Assembly: GCA_038210185.1 (NCBI GenBank)
Contig: JBBQWX010000002.1
Location: 10,705-74,704 of the forward strand
Direction of reading: 5' to 3'
Length of the DNA stretch: 64,000 nucleotides
Source of the DNA: Actinomycetales bacterium
GTDB lineage: Bacteria; Actinomycetota; Actinomycetes; Actinomycetales; Dermatophilaceae
Of the stretch, positions 11,437-24,421 are shown piece after piece. The notes beneath the pieces were generated by a model. That model did not search any database, was not told the origin of the DNA, and saw only the letters and a program-made list of their open reading frames with translations. The stretch's first letter is position 1; every line of letters begins with the position of its first letter. A program made the translations under genes and the position numbers.

Positions 11437-11524
11437 ATTCTGGTCGAGGATGCCGTCCTCCGCCTCCGGAGGAGCGCCGGCTGTGGACGACCGAGGCCGG
11501 CGCCACGCCTGTGGATGGCACACT
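11437..11524. promoter_or_regulatory. Divergent promoter with two CTGTGGA(C/T) boxes
   Basis: -10 CAGAAT (minus strand, 11437-11442); boxes at 11481-11488 and 11509-11516; -10 CACACT (11519-11524) six nt before the HTH gene GTG. Confidence 0.6.
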
Positions 11525-11530
11525 GACGAC

Positions 11531-11773
11531 GTGGCCCGCCGCTTCATCCCGCTCACCGAGGTGTCCGAGATCCTCGACGTCTCCGCGGCCCAGGCGTACG
11601 CCCTCGTGCGAAGCGGCGAGCTGCCGGCGATCAAGGTGGGTGGGCGCGGCCAGTGGCGCGTCGAGACCGTCGAGCTCGAGGCCTACATCCAGCGGATGTA
11701 CGCCGAGACCCGCGACCTGGTCACGACCAGGTCGGAACCCGGCGACCAGGACGCCAAGGGAGCCGTCGGCTGA
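11531..11773 (+). CDS. Excisionase/BldC-like HTH_17 DNA-binding protein
   Basis: FIPLTEVSEILDVS..QAYALVRSGELPAIKVGGRGQWRV. Confidence 0.88.
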   Translation: MARRFIPLTEVSEILDVSAAQAYALVRSGELPAIKVGGRGQWRVETVELEAYIQRMYAETRDLVTTRSEPGDQDAKGAVG

Positions 11774-11918
11774 CCCGTGCCGTCGGTGTGGCCCGGCCGG
11801 GGGTGGAGACGCGACCCCGAGGTGGCGAGGATCGGGCGGTGCCTGGTTCCAGGGCCGGCTCCGACCGATAGGCACCCCTCGTCGGCCGTCCGCGCCCGGC
11901 TCTGGGCGCCTCGCGCCG

Positions 11919-12467
11919 TCAGCGTCGCGACTCGACCGTGACGACGGCCGCGAAGGGCACGGTGGCCACGGCCCGGACGTTCTCCCGTCGCCGAGGCAGT
12001 CCTTCCAGGTGCTCGGCGAGGTCGAGGTGGTCGGCCCCCACCGCGTCGATCGTCCCCAGCAGGCGCGGCCCACCCCCGGTCAGCGTCAACACCACGGTGG
12101 CCCGGTCACGGGACAGCGCGCGCAGCGCGTAGCCGAGTCCGAACCGGCGGGCGCTCCGTGCCGGCGCCGACTGCGGCGCGAGCGACCGCAACGTCACCAC
12201 GCGGGCCAACGGCACGAGCACTTCGTGACCGTCGCCGGCCCGCAGCAGCACCCAGTCCTCACCGAGGTCCGCGAGCTCCCCCTCGACCTGCCGCTCGCCG
12301 ACCAGGGCGAGCCGAAGGGGCGTACCGAGTGCCGCGGCGAGGCGTGCCGTGAGGGTGACCAGCGCCCGTTCCCGCCGGGTGCGCTCGGCCACCTCGTCGT
12401 CGCGCTCCCGGCGCAGCTCGGCGGCCAGCTGGCCCTCGAGGTCAGCGAAGAGCCCTTCCCACCTCAT
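11919..12467 (-). CDS. Conserved actinobacterial hypothetical protein
   Basis: MRWEGLFADLEGQ...G.DW...GTIDAVGADHLDLAEH; TAGGCT -10 six nt before ATG. Confidence 0.75.
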   Translation of the reverse strand: MRWEGLFADLEGQLAAELRRERDDEVAERTRRERALVTLTARLAAALGTPLRLALVGERQVEGELADLGEDWVLLRAGDGHEVLVPLARVVTLRSLAPQSAPARSARRFGLGYALRALSRDRATVVLTLTGGGPRLLGTIDAVGADHLDLAEHLEGLPRRRENVRAVATVPFAAVVTVESRR

Positions 12468-12559
12468 GTCCACAGCCTAGGCCGCTCTGGTTGCCGGCGT
12501 CGGGGCCACGGTCTAGGGTCAAACACATGCAAACGCCATCAAACGCCATCCAACGTGCC
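12468..12559 (+). promoter_or_regulatory. LysM promoter: GTCCACAG box, TAGGGT -10, and four 10-bp-period direct repeats
   Basis: GTCCACAG 12468-12475; TAGGGT 12514-12519; CAAACACATG/CAAACGCCAT/CAAACGCCAT/CCAACGTGCC from 12520. Confidence 0.6.
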
Positions 12560-13351
12560 CGACTGGTCGGGTGTGCAGGCCTGGTCCTGGGCGGCGTGGT
12601 GCTGCTCGTCCCGTTGTTGTGGCGGATCACGGACCAGGTCGGCGCCGCAGCCGGCGCGGGGGCTCCCGTGCGGCCCGACGAAGCGCTGTCGGCGGTCGTG
12701 GCCGCGGCTGCACTGGTGGGGGTCACGTGGCTGGCGGGAAGCGTCCTGCTCGAGGTGGTCAGCCTCGTGCCCGGCACCCTGGGCCGCAGCGCTGCTCGCG
12801 CCGCCGAGGTGGTCACCCCGCGGCTGGTCCGCCGCGCGGCCGGGGCCCTGCTCGGCATCGGGGTCGTCGCCGGCCTGGCTCCGGGAGCGTCGGTGGCCGC
12901 GCCGACGGTCTCGGTGGCGGCTGACGTGGCCACCGTCCGCCCGCCCCTGCCCGACCCCGGCCTCACCCCCCTCCCCGACCCCGGATGGGCGCCCGGCACG
13001 GGCACGGCGCCGGCGACCGCACCGGAACGACGGCCCGCCCCGGTGTCGTCGCCGGCTCCCGCCCCGGGATGGGTGCCCACCCGGCCCGCCGTCCGTACCC
13101 ATCCCGACGTGCGCGTGCTCAGCCCCTCACCCCGCTCGGGCCGGGCCGCACCCCCGACCGAGGTGGTCGTGCGTCGCGGGGACTCCCTGTGGTCCATCGC
13201 CGCACGACACCTCGGGCTGGACGCCTCGGAGGCCGAGGTCGCGCGCGCGTGGCCTGCCTGGTTCGACGCCAACCGCGAGGTCGTGGGCGACGACCCCGAC
13301 CTCCTGCTGCCCGGCCAGGTGCTGCATCCTCCCCCGAGGTCGGCGGCATGA
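12527..13351 (+). CDS. Membrane-anchored LysM peptidoglycan-binding protein
   Basis: N-terminal TM segments, Pro-rich linker, C-terminal VVVRRGDSLWSIA...NR.VVG.DPDLLLPGQVL. Confidence 0.9.
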   Translation: MQTPSNAIQRARLVGCAGLVLGGVVLLVPLLWRITDQVGAAAGAGAPVRPDEALSAVVAAAALVGVTWLAGSVLLEVVSLVPGTLGRSAARAAEVVTPRLVRRAAGALLGIGVVAGLAPGASVAAPTVSVAADVATVRPPLPDPGLTPLPDPGWAPGTGTAPATAPERRPAPVSSPAPAPGWVPTRPAVRTHPDVRVLSPSPRSGRAAPPTEVVVRRGDSLWSIAARHLGLDASEAEVARAWPAWFDANREVVGDDPDLLLPGQVLHPPPRSAA

Positions 13352-13893
13352 GCGGCGGCGTCCTGCACGTCGCGCCCCCCAGCCGGCCGTTGCCGCCGCC
13401 GATCTCCCTCGAAGAGGCCATTCGGGAGTCCAGGCAGGCGACTGCGGCCCGCGAGGGCCACGCCGCCGGCTACGTGCAGGACACGCTGGCCGTCGACTTC
13501 GCCGCCGCGTCCGACGAGCAGTACTTCGGCCCCCAGCGCACGCTGAGCAACGCCCTCCCCGACCCCGGCGTGTGGGCCGGCCGCATCACCCTGGCCCTGC
13601 TCGAGGTGATGATGGGCGTGCGCCCGGCTCCCCAGGTGCTGCGCTGGACCGCTCCTGAGGTGTATGCCGTCGTGGCCCGGCGCAGCGCGCTGGTCGCCCG
13701 CCGGGTGGCGGAGGGCCGCGCGCCACGCACCCGGCCACGGCTCCACGTCGTGCGCGTGCGCGTCTGCGAGCCCGCCGACGGGGTGGCCGAGGCCGCGGTC
13801 GTGGTTCGCGACGGGCCGCGGGTGCGCGCTGTCGCCGTGCGGCTCGTCGGGCAGGACGGCAAGTGGCGGGTCAGTGCCCTGCAGGTGGGCTGA
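13348..13893 (+). CDS. Rv3235-family (DUF6459) protein
   Basis: LLEVMMG.RP..Q..RW, VRVCEPADGVAEA, RAVAVRL...W; ATGA coupling to the LysM gene. Confidence 0.85.
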   Translation: MSGGVLHVAPPSRPLPPPISLEEAIRESRQATAAREGHAAGYVQDTLAVDFAAASDEQYFGPQRTLSNALPDPGVWAGRITLALLEVMMGVRPAPQVLRWTAPEVYAVVARRSALVARRVAEGRAPRTRPRLHVVRVRVCEPADGVAEAAVVVRDGPRVRAVAVRLVGQDGKWRVSALQVG

Positions 13894-15532
13894 GCGACGA
13901 GTCGGTTCCCGGCAAGGGCGCCGGCTCGGGCTCCGGGCTGCCCGGTTGTCGGGTCGGCAGGCCCCCGGAGGTGAAGAAGGCGACCAGTGCCAGCAGCGCC
14001 AGCACCGCCAGTGCGCTGCGCAGCCCGGACAGCCGCGACTGCGTGTTCTCCTCGACGACCGCCGTCGCCACGGCCGGGTCGACGTTCGCGTCCGCGAGCG
14101 CCGTCTCCAGCTGCGCGTCCGACACGAACGGGATGCCGCTGGCCAGCTCCACCTGGGCCTGCGAGGTCACCGAGGGTGGGATCGCCTCGTTGTCGGCGAT
14201 ACCGGTGAAGAACGACGACGACAGGGCCGAGATGAGCACGGCGCCCGCCAGCGCCGTACCGATCGAGGCGCCCAGGTTGGTGAAGGTGTTCTGGATGCCC
14301 CCCACTTCGCCACTCTGCTCGTCGGGCACCGCCGAAACGGTGACCGCCCCGAGCTGCGAGGCGAGCGCCCCGATACCCAGACCGGCCAGGAGCAGCGGGC
14401 CGGTGACGATCTCCGGCCCGACACCGACCTCCAGGGCGGCCAGCAGCGCCACGATTCCGGCGAGCAGCGCGAGGAAGCCCAGTCGCACCACCCGGCGGGG
14501 CGAGGCGTGGGGAAAGACCTTGGGCACCCCCACGGCGGCGAGCAACAGGGTCACCGAGAGGGGCATGACCCGCAGGCCGGTGTCGATGGCGCTGAGACCG
14601 AGCGCCACCGAGAGGTAGAGCGGCACGCAGAAGAACAGCCCCGCCTGGAGCAGGAACTGGAAGAAGAAGGCGATCAGGCCCTTCTGCAGCGGCGGGATCC
14701 GCAAGATGGCGGGGTCGAGCAGGGCCGAGCGACCCTCGGCGATCCGGCGCTGCTCCCATCCCATGAAGGCCCACAGCACCAGCGCGCCGCCGAGCACGAA
14801 CCACACCACGGGCGACAGTCCCAGCCACGAGGGGGCGTTCGGCTTGGGGTTGACGAAACCCCACGTGCCCGCCCGCAGGATGCCGAACACGACCAGCCCG
14901 AGACCCGACGCCGACAGCACCGTGCCGACGAGGTCGAGCGCAGCGTCGGGGTCGGCCTCTGCGTCGGCCATCCGTCGCGCGAGCACGAGGATGATCGCCA
15001 CGATCACCACCTCACCGGCGAAGACCCAGCGCCACGACGCGTAGGTCGTCAGCACTCCACCGATCAGCGGGCCCGCGGCGACCGCGATCGCACCGGATGC
15101 AGCGACCAGCCCGTAGGCCCGGGGCCGCTGCGGGGCATCGAAGTTCGTGGCGACGAGCGCGACGATCGCCGGCATGATCAACGCCGCCCCGATGCCCTCG
15201 AGCAGCGACCAGCCGAGGATGAGCACGGGCAGGCTGGGCGCCAGCGCGGTCGTGAAGGACCCGGCTCCGTAGATGACGCAGCCGATGGAGAACGCCCGCT
15301 TGCGGCCCAGGATGCCGCCGATCTTGCCTCCGGTGATCATCAGCGAGGCCATGACCAGGGTGTAGAGCGTGATCGCGGTCTGGATGCCGGTCACGTCGGT
15401 ACCGACGTCCTTGGCCACGGTGGCGATCGAGACGTTCATGACCGAGCTGTCCAGGGTCATCAGGAACTGGGCGGCCGCCAGGGTGGTCAGGACGGTGGCG
15501 CCCGCGGTGCGGGCGGCGGTCTGCGTGCTCAT
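13871..15532 (-). CDS. MFS transporter (DHA2/EmrB-like)
   Basis: FLMTLDSSVMNVS, GGKIGGILGRKR motif A, ~14 TM segments. Confidence 0.92.
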   Translation of the reverse strand: MSTQTAARTAGATVLTTLAAAQFLMTLDSSVMNVSIATVAKDVGTDVTGIQTAITLYTLVMASLMITGGKIGGILGRKRAFSIGCVIYGAGSFTTALAPSLPVLILGWSLLEGIGAALIMPAIVALVATNFDAPQRPRAYGLVAASGAIAVAAGPLIGGVLTTYASWRWVFAGEVVIVAIILVLARRMADAEADPDAALDLVGTVLSASGLGLVVFGILRAGTWGFVNPKPNAPSWLGLSPVVWFVLGGALVLWAFMGWEQRRIAEGRSALLDPAILRIPPLQKGLIAFFFQFLLQAGLFFCVPLYLSVALGLSAIDTGLRVMPLSVTLLLAAVGVPKVFPHASPRRVVRLGFLALLAGIVALLAALEVGVGPEIVTGPLLLAGLGIGALASQLGAVTVSAVPDEQSGEVGGIQNTFTNLGASIGTALAGAVLISALSSSFFTGIADNEAIPPSVTSQAQVELASGIPFVSDAQLETALADANVDPAVATAVVEENTQSRLSGLRSALAVLALLALVAFFTSGGLPTRQPGSPEPEPAPLPGTDSSLSPPAGH

Positions 15533-16290
15533 GGGGTCGGCCTGACGTCGGGACGGTTGGGACGGTCGGGGACGTCGGGGACGTCGGGGACGTCGGGATG
15601 GTCGGGGACGTCGGGATGGTCGGGGACGTCGGGATGGTCGGGGACGTCGGGATGGTCGGGGACGTCGGGGACGTCGTCAAGGTCCGTGCGCCGGTAGCGG
15701 CGCCGCACGCCGGCCGGCGCGTCCGGCTGGTTCACCCCGACGACCGGCGAACCCGGCGCCGCCGGCTCCATGGCCATCGGTGCGTCGCCGAGGAGGGTCT
15801 TGCGTTGGCTGGCACCCGGGCGCGGCAGCCAGTCGTAGACCACCCGGGTCCAGAGGGCGACGTCCTGCACCGACCGGCGCTCGGGGCTGACGATGCACCA
15901 GAAGAGACCGATGGGGAAGAAGACACAGAACAGCGCTCGCACCATCGCGCGCAGCGGGCCGAGCCGTCGTCCCCTGTGCCCCACCACCCGCAGCCCCATG
16001 ACGTGGTCGCCGTAGCTCCGGCCGACCAGCCACCACCCCAGGGCGAAGTACCACGTGGCGAGCACCAGGGCGGTGGTCAGGCTCGCCAGCAGGCTCGCGT
16101 CGGGCCACTGAAAGGTGCGCGGGTCGAGCAGGAACGTGAACGCGACCAGACCGAGGTAGCAGCCACCCAGCAGCACCCCCACGACCAGGGCGTCGATCGT
16201 GTTGGCCACGATCCGGGTCACCAGGCCGGCCGGCTCCCCCTGGTACGGCCGGGCCTCGCGCGGGATGGCGGAGATCTCCGGCCCCGTCAC
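15529..16290 (-). CDS. RDD-family membrane protein with C-terminal (PDVPDH)n tail
   Basis: AGLVTRIVANTID, G.SYG..VMGLRVV, R..QD....TRVVYD; coupled to both neighbours. Confidence 0.85.
   Translation of the reverse strand: MTGPEISAIPREARPYQGEPAGLVTRIVANTIDALVVGVLLGGCYLGLVAFTFLLDPRTFQWPDASLLASLTTALVLATWYFALGWWLVGRSYGDHVMGLRVVGHRGRRLGPLRAMVRALFCVFFPIGLFWCIVSPERRSVQDVALWTRVVYDWLPRPGASQRKTLLGDAPMAMEPAAPGSPVVGVNQPDAPAGVRRRYRRTDLDDVPDVPDHPDVPDHPDVPDHPDVPDHPDVPDVPDVPDRPNRPDVRPTP
15544..15676. repeat. In-frame 9-bp/18-bp tandem repeat (VNTR)
   Basis: Four exact GGGATGGTCGGGGACGTC units at 15595-15666, flanked by further 9-bp units. Confidence 0.95.
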
Positions 16291-17207
16291 GGGGTGCCCT
16301 CGGGCAAGGGTGGCCGCCGCCGCCGGAACAGCGCACGGTCGACGGCACGGGTGAGGGCGTCGTCGGCGGTGATGCCGGTCATGCGCACACCACGCACCGT
16401 CTCGGAGGCCATCGACCCGGTGGAGTCGCGGATGATGGCCGGCAGGTCGATGACCTCGAGCACCTCCTCGACGATGCCGATGACGTCGATCCGGTCGATG
16501 ACGGCGTCGAGGTCGGCGCGCGCCACCACGGCATCCACGTCGAGCCTGGCCGCCACCGCATCCAGGTCGACCCGGTCGAGCACCGCGTCGATGTCCACCC
16601 GCGCGACCGCCGCGTCGATGTCCACCCGCGCGACCGCCGCGTCGAGGTCGGCCCGCGCCACCACGGCATCCACGTCGAGCCTGGCCGCCACCGCATCCAG
16701 GTCGACCCGGTCGAGGATGGCCTCGATGTCCACTCGCGTGGTCACCGCATCCAGGTCGACCCGCAAGACCGCACCGTCGAGGTCCGCCCGGGCCATCGCC
16801 GCATCGAGGTCGACGGTCGAGACGAGCTGGTCCAGGTCGACGTTCTCCTCGACCAGCCGGGTGAGGTCGAGCCGCTCGACGACTGCAGCAACCAGCGCGG
16901 GCACCCAGGCGTCGAGCAGCACCACGGTCCGGCGGCGCAGCTCCCTACGGTCGGCGCCACCCCTGCGGGCCAGGTCGGCGGCGACCGTGGCGGGATGCAG
17001 ACGCGTGGGAAGCAGGGGCGGCCGCCACAGCAGCCGGGTCACCGGCGCGGCCACTCGGTGCACCGTGCGCACCGTGCGCACGGCGACGACCGCGGCCCCC
17101 AACGTCACGCCGGCCACCCCGAGGGCGACGTCGACTGCCAGCCGTGCCTCGGGCCCCAGCTGGGGCGCCGCGACCGGTCGTCCTGACGTCGTCAGCTCCT
17201 TGGACAC
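16287..17207 (-). CDS. Hypothetical protein with ~14 nine-residue repeats (xDLDAVVAR)
   Basis: Repeats visible in the translation; ~135-bp internal duplication (about 16505-16579 vs 16640-16714). Start uncertain. Confidence 0.8.
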   Translation of the reverse strand: MSKELTTSGRPVAAPQLGPEARLAVDVALGVAGVTLGAAVVAVRTVRTVHRVAAPVTRLLWRPPLLPTRLHPATVAADLARRGGADRRELRRRTVVLLDAWVPALVAAVVERLDLTRLVEENVDLDQLVSTVDLDAAMARADLDGAVLRVDLDAVTTRVDIEAILDRVDLDAVAARLDVDAVVARADLDAAVARVDIDAAVARVDIDAVLDRVDLDAVAARLDVDAVVARADLDAVIDRIDVIGIVEEVLEVIDLPAIIRDSTGSMASETVRGVRMTGITADDALTRAVDRALFRRRRPPLPEGTP

Positions 17208-17290
17208 CCGCGTCCCTGTCTGTCTCGGAGGCCTCCTGTCCCGGCACGGTACCGGTCGCGGGTCCGACGCGTCAGGGGCTGCCAGCAAAC

Positions 17291-17327
17291 AGGCCCGGGC
17301 TCACCCCATGCGGGTGAGCCCGGGCCT
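17291..17327 (-). terminator. Stem-loop downstream of secA
   Basis: AGGCCCGGGCTCACCC-CATGC-GGGTGAGCCCGGGCCT, 16-bp perfect stem. Confidence 0.85.
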
Positions 17328-17356
17328 CTCGGCTCAGTGCGGCGGCGTGAGCGGCG

Positions 17357-20257
<2,901 letters not shown>

Positions 20258-20434
20258 GAGTGGAACTCCCTTGGGGTGGCTGCATGGCGGTCGCTCGACC
20301 GGACCTGCCTAGGGTAGTCGAGCCCCGAGCGCCGCACGGAACCGACGGTCGGCCGGCAGGGGGGCACTCCACGGGCAACGCGGCACGCGGCGGCCCGAGT
20401 TCCCCACCACCGCGACAGGTGGTTGGGTGGAGGA

Positions 20435-21577
20435 ATGACCGGTTCGCCGTTCCCGGGCTGCGTGCCCGAGCTCACCGACGGGGTGGTGCTGCTGCGCGCG
20501 CACCGCCTCGACGACGCGCAGCGGATCGTCGAACAGTCCAACGACCCGGAGTCGATGCGCTGGACGACCGTGCCGCGCCCCTACGGCCTCGACGACGCGC
20601 GCGAGTTCCTGGCGACCATCGAGAGCGCGTGGAACAGCCCGGACGGGCTGCGGTACTGGGCGGTCACCGACGCATCGGACCCGCAGGGCCGCTACCTCGG
20701 CACGATCGACCTGCGCCCGCGGGGCGGCGGGGTCGGCGAGGTCGGGTTCGGGCTGCACCCGCAGGGGCGGGGGTCCGGGTTCATGGCGGGCGCGCTGAGG
20801 CTCCTGGCCCGCTGGTGGTTCGGCCAGGGCGGCGTGCGGGTGCACTGGTTGGCCATTCGCGGCAACTTCCCGTCGTGGCGGGTGGCGTGGTCGTGCGGTT
20901 TCACCCAGCACGGCACCACCCCCCAGGTGCACCCCGACCCCGACGACGCCGGGGCCCCGCCGCTGGACGTGTGGCGGGCCAGCCTGGGGGCCGACGACGT
21001 CCTGGAGCCGCACAGCCCATGGGACGACGTGCCGGTGCTGGAGGTGGCCGAGCACGGTATCCGGCTGCGGCCGTGGCGCGACGGCGACCTCGCCTCGCTC
21101 GACCCGCGCGACCAGCCCGATCACCACATGCCGGCGCGCGGCGTGCTCGACGCCGACACCTTCCCCGAGTGGCTGCTGATCCGTCGCGAGCAGATGTCGG
21201 TCGGCCGCGTCCTCAGCTGGTGCGTCGCCGACGCCACGACGGATGCCGCGCTGGGCGAGGTGCTCGTGTTCGTCACCGAGGGCACCCTCGACGACGACAC
21301 CGCCGAGCTGGGCTACCAGGTGGTGCCCAGCGCTCGGCGCCGCGGTGTGGCGACCACCGGGGCCCGCCGCCTCGTGGCGCACGCCCTCACCCCGCGCTCC
21401 GAGGGCGGGCTGGGGATGCGCCGGCTCGTCGCCCAGACCGCGGACGACAACGTGGCGAGCAACGCGGTGCTCGACCGCCTGGGGTTCACCATCTGGGGGC
21501 AGGAGACCGCGGCCGACGTGCTGCCGGACGGTCGGGCCGTCGACGCCCTGCACTGGGAGCTGCTCCGCGAGGGCTGA
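20435..21577 (+). CDS. Tandem RimJ/RimL-type GNAT acetyltransferase
   Basis: Two GNAT halves (GFGLHPQGRGSG; LGYQVVPSARRRG); GGAGG RBS before ATG 20435. Confidence 0.9.
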   Translation: MTGSPFPGCVPELTDGVVLLRAHRLDDAQRIVEQSNDPESMRWTTVPRPYGLDDAREFLATIESAWNSPDGLRYWAVTDASDPQGRYLGTIDLRPRGGGVGEVGFGLHPQGRGSGFMAGALRLLARWWFGQGGVRVHWLAIRGNFPSWRVAWSCGFTQHGTTPQVHPDPDDAGAPPLDVWRASLGADDVLEPHSPWDDVPVLEVAEHGIRLRPWRDGDLASLDPRDQPDHHMPARGVLDADTFPEWLLIRREQMSVGRVLSWCVADATTDAALGEVLVFVTEGTLDDDTAELGYQVVPSARRRGVATTGARRLVAHALTPRSEGGLGMRRLVAQTADDNVASNAVLDRLGFTIWGQETAADVLPDGRAVDALHWELLREG

Positions 21578-21620
21578 GCCGACGGCACCGGCCGGGCACC
21601 CGCCCGGCACCGTCACGGCA

Positions 21621-21726
21621 TCGACCACCGGGTCGACGCTGGGCACGATCGACCACTAGGTCGAAGTTGCCCCGACCAGCGGCAACCGAACCGGGACAAG
21701 ATCGACCTAGTGGTCGATCTTGTCCC
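21621..21726. repeat. Cluster of three REP-like TCGACC-N4-GGTCGA palindromes
   Basis: Palindromes at 21621-21636, 21649-21664 and 21702-21717; the last extends to a perfect 15-bp stem (21693-21726). Confidence 0.85.
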
Positions 21727-22921
21727 AGTTGACCGTTCGGAGGTCGAGCCAGGCCGCCATCAGGGCCAGCTCCTCGTCGAGCTCGCGCCGGTCTACGGGG
21801 CCGCCCTGCCCCGGTTCCCACGTGCACCGGCGCACCAGCAGCACCCCGGCGCCCCGGTCGGCCTTGAGGTCGAGCCGGGCGACGAGGTGCTCACCGAGGA
21901 GGAACGGCAGCACGTAGTAGCCGTGCACGCGCTGGGCCTGCGGCACGTAGATCTCCAGCCGGAAGTCGAACCCGAAGAGGGCCCGCGTGCGGTCTCGTTG
22001 CCAGATGAGCGAGTCGAACGGCGAGAGCAGGGCCCGCGCCTCGACCCGCCGGGGCCGGCGGGCGTCCCGGTGCAGGTACCCCGGGCGGTGCCAGCCCTCG
22101 ACCGTCGCCGGCAGCAGGATGCCGTCGCGCACCAGGCCGGCGATCGCCGGCCGCGCCTGGTCGGGCGAGAGCCGGAAGTAGTCGCGCAGGCACTGCTCGG
22201 ACCCCACCCCGTGGGCCCGGGCGGAGATCTCGACGAGCCGTCGAAAGGCCGCTTCCTCGGTCGGTCGGGACGCGGCGTCGAGCGCCTGCTCGCGCAGGGC
22301 CGGAGGAAGCACGCGTGCCGGCAGCGCATAACGACGCTCGAACTGGGGCGTGCGGCCCGAGCTCGACACCTCGCCCGACCAGAACAGGTGCTCGAGAGCG
22401 TTCTTGACGAGCGACCAGTTCCAGCCCCACTCGTCCCGCTGCCGGGGCAGGTCGTGGGCCAGGGCGACCTCGACCTCCCGGCTGGTCAGTGGTCCACGTC
22501 GAGCGACCTCGTCCAGCACGGCCTCGACCACCCCGGGGTGCTTGCGCGCGACGCTCCGCATGCCGCCCCAGGCGTCGGACCTCGCCCGGCGCATCCGGAA
22601 GTCGAGCAGCGGCCACGTCGACGGCGCGACGAGAGACGCCTCGTGTGCCCAGTACTCCACGACCCGGCGCGGGGCGGCGTCTCGGGCACGGTCGAGCAGG
22701 CGCCGGTCGTAGGGGCCGAGCCGTGAGTAGAACGGCAGGTAGTGGCTGCGCACCACGACGTTGACGCTGTCGATCTGCACGACACCCACGGTGTCGACGA
22801 CGCGCTGGACGTCACGCGTGCCCGGTTCAACCGGTCGTGGTCGCGCGAGGCCCTGGGCCGCGAGGGCGATCCGGCGGGCGGCCCCCGCCGAGAGGTGCAC
22901 GCCGACCGGCGCGTCAGTCAT
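21707..22921 (-). CDS. YcaQ/AlkZ-family winged-helix DNA glycosylase (crosslink repair)
   Basis: [14 protein letters not shown] (QxD motif), [24 protein letters not shown]...RVHGYYVLP; ATG overlaps the RR stop. Confidence 0.9.
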   Translation of the reverse strand: MTDAPVGVHLSAGAARRIALAAQGLARPRPVEPGTRDVQRVVDTVGVVQIDSVNVVVRSHYLPFYSRLGPYDRRLLDRARDAAPRRVVEYWAHEASLVAPSTWPLLDFRMRRARSDAWGGMRSVARKHPGVVEAVLDEVARRGPLTSREVEVALAHDLPRQRDEWGWNWSLVKNALEHLFWSGEVSSSGRTPQFERRYALPARVLPPALREQALDAASRPTEEAAFRRLVEISARAHGVGSEQCLRDYFRLSPDQARPAIAGLVRDGILLPATVEGWHRPGYLHRDARRPRRVEARALLSPFDSLIWQRDRTRALFGFDFRLEIYVPQAQRVHGYYVLPFLLGEHLVARLDLKADRGAGVLLVRRCTWEPGQGGPVDRRELDEELALMAAWLDLRTVNWDKIDH

Positions 22922-23630
22922 CCGTCGGGAGCAGGTGCTGCTGGTGCGCGTAGACGGCCGCCTCCACCCGCGAGTGCAGCTGCAGCTTCTCGAGGATGTT
23001 GCGGACGTGGTTCTTGACGGTGTTCTCGGAGATGACGAGCTGGCCGGCGATCTCGCGGTTCGCCCGCCCCCGAGCGACGAGCCGCAGCACCTCGACCTCG
23101 CGGTCGGTGAGCTGCGGGGCACTCCCGGTGACCGGCTCGGGCTCCTGGCTGAGCCGGGTGAACTCCGCCAGCAGGGTCGCGGCCATGCCCGGCGGGATGA
23201 TCGCCTGGCCGTCGTTGACCCTGCGGATCGCCGCGGCCACCTCCTCGCCGGGCAGGTCCTTGAGCAGGTACCCACTGGCGCCGGCCTTGATCGCCTCGAA
23301 CAGGTCGGACTCGTCGTCGGACATGGTCAGCATGAGGATCCGTGTCGACGGGACGACCTCGCGAACGCGGCGGCAGGCCTCGATGCCCCCGAGACCCGGC
23401 ATCCGCACGTCCATGAGCACGACGTCCGGCATCACCCTGCTGCACACGTCGACCGCGACCAAGCCGTTGCTCGCCTCGCCGACGACGAGCGCGGAGCCGT
23501 CGAGCTCGACCACCACCTGCATGCCGCGACGATAGAGGTCATGGTCGTCGACGATCACGACACGAATGGGCGACGGCACGTCAGACGGCACGTCAGCCGG
23601 TCCGCCACCGTTCACGTCGTCACCCCTCAC
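22914..23630 (-). CDS. Orphan NarL/LuxR response regulator (syntenic with the Streptomyces orphan RR OrrA)
   Basis: [29 protein letters not shown]...[13 protein letters not shown]; no adjacent kinase. The OrrA link rests on synteny recall. Confidence 0.9.
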   Translation of the reverse strand: MRGDDVNGGGPADVPSDVPSPIRVVIVDDHDLYRRGMQVVVELDGSALVVGEASNGLVAVDVCSRVMPDVVLMDVRMPGLGGIEACRRVREVVPSTRILMLTMSDDESDLFEAIKAGASGYLLKDLPGEEVAAAIRRVNDGQAIIPPGMAATLLAEFTRLSQEPEPVTGSAPQLTDREVEVLRLVARGRANREIAGQLVISENTVKNHVRNILEKLQLHSRVEAAVYAHQQHLLPTDD

Positions 23631-23683
23631 GTGGCAATCGTGGCAGGTCTCTCAGGCGAAGGTCGGGCACAGTGCGAGATCTC

Positions 23684-24343
23684 TCAGGAAGCGGCAATCT
23701 CGACACCGGCTCCCTCGGCCCGCTCCTCGCCGTCGGTCGCGGAGCCGTCGAGGTCGAGATGCAGCACGCCGTAGCTCCAGCCGTGGCGGCGGTAGACGAC
23801 GCTGGCGCGGTCGGTGTCGATGTCGTGGAAGAGGTAGAAGTCGTGGCCGACGAGCTCCATCTCGCTCAGTGCGTCGGAGAGCGTCATCGGAGCGGAGCGG
23901 TGCACCTTCTCGCGAACCTCCACCGGGGAGCCGACGAACGGGTCGCCCTCGTCGGCGCCGGGGGTGACCTGGCCACCCTCGTCGGGGGTGACGATGCGGG
24001 CCGTCGCCCTCGCGACGGACTCGGGGGTACGTCGTCCGCGGTGGACCTGTCGCCGGTCCTTCTGGCGCCTGAGCCGCTCCATGAGCTTGTCGATCGCCAG
24101 GTCGAGGGCGGCGTACTTGTCCTCGACGCACGCCTCGGCCCGCACCACGGGCCCCTTGGCGTAACAGGTGATCTCGACCTTGTCACAGACCTCCGCCTGG
24201 CGACGGTTCGGCTCGTGACTCACCAGCACCTCGACCCGCCGGGTGCGCGGCTCGAGCTGGGTGATCTTCTCGAGCTTGTCCTCGATGTGCGCCCGGAAGC
24301 GGTCGGAGACGGTCAGGTGCCGTCCGGTGACGACGATGTCCAC
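23684..24343 (-). CDS. hpf: Ribosome hibernation promoting factor (long HPF/RaiA)
   Basis: MDIVVTGRH...DKYAALDLA...MELVGHDFYLF...VVYRR. Confidence 0.95.
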   Translation of the reverse strand: MDIVVTGRHLTVSDRFRAHIEDKLEKITQLEPRTRRVEVLVSHEPNRRQAEVCDKVEITCYAKGPVVRAEACVEDKYAALDLAIDKLMERLRRQKDRRQVHRGRRTPESVARATARIVTPDEGGQVTPGADEGDPFVGSPVEVREKVHRSAPMTLSDALSEMELVGHDFYLFHDIDTDRASVVYRRHGWSYGVLHLDLDGSATDGEERAEGAGVEIAAS

Positions 24344-24421
24344 GTGGTCCTCCTCGGTTTGGTGTTCTCGCTGCTCAGTGCCGAACCGGCGTCAGGGGCA
24401 CCACCTCCGGAGGATCGGGGC

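Noticed and set aside
11531-11773. Excisionase as a prophage/ICE marker
   Set aside because: No integrase, att/tRNA or phage genes; the context is core chromosomal.
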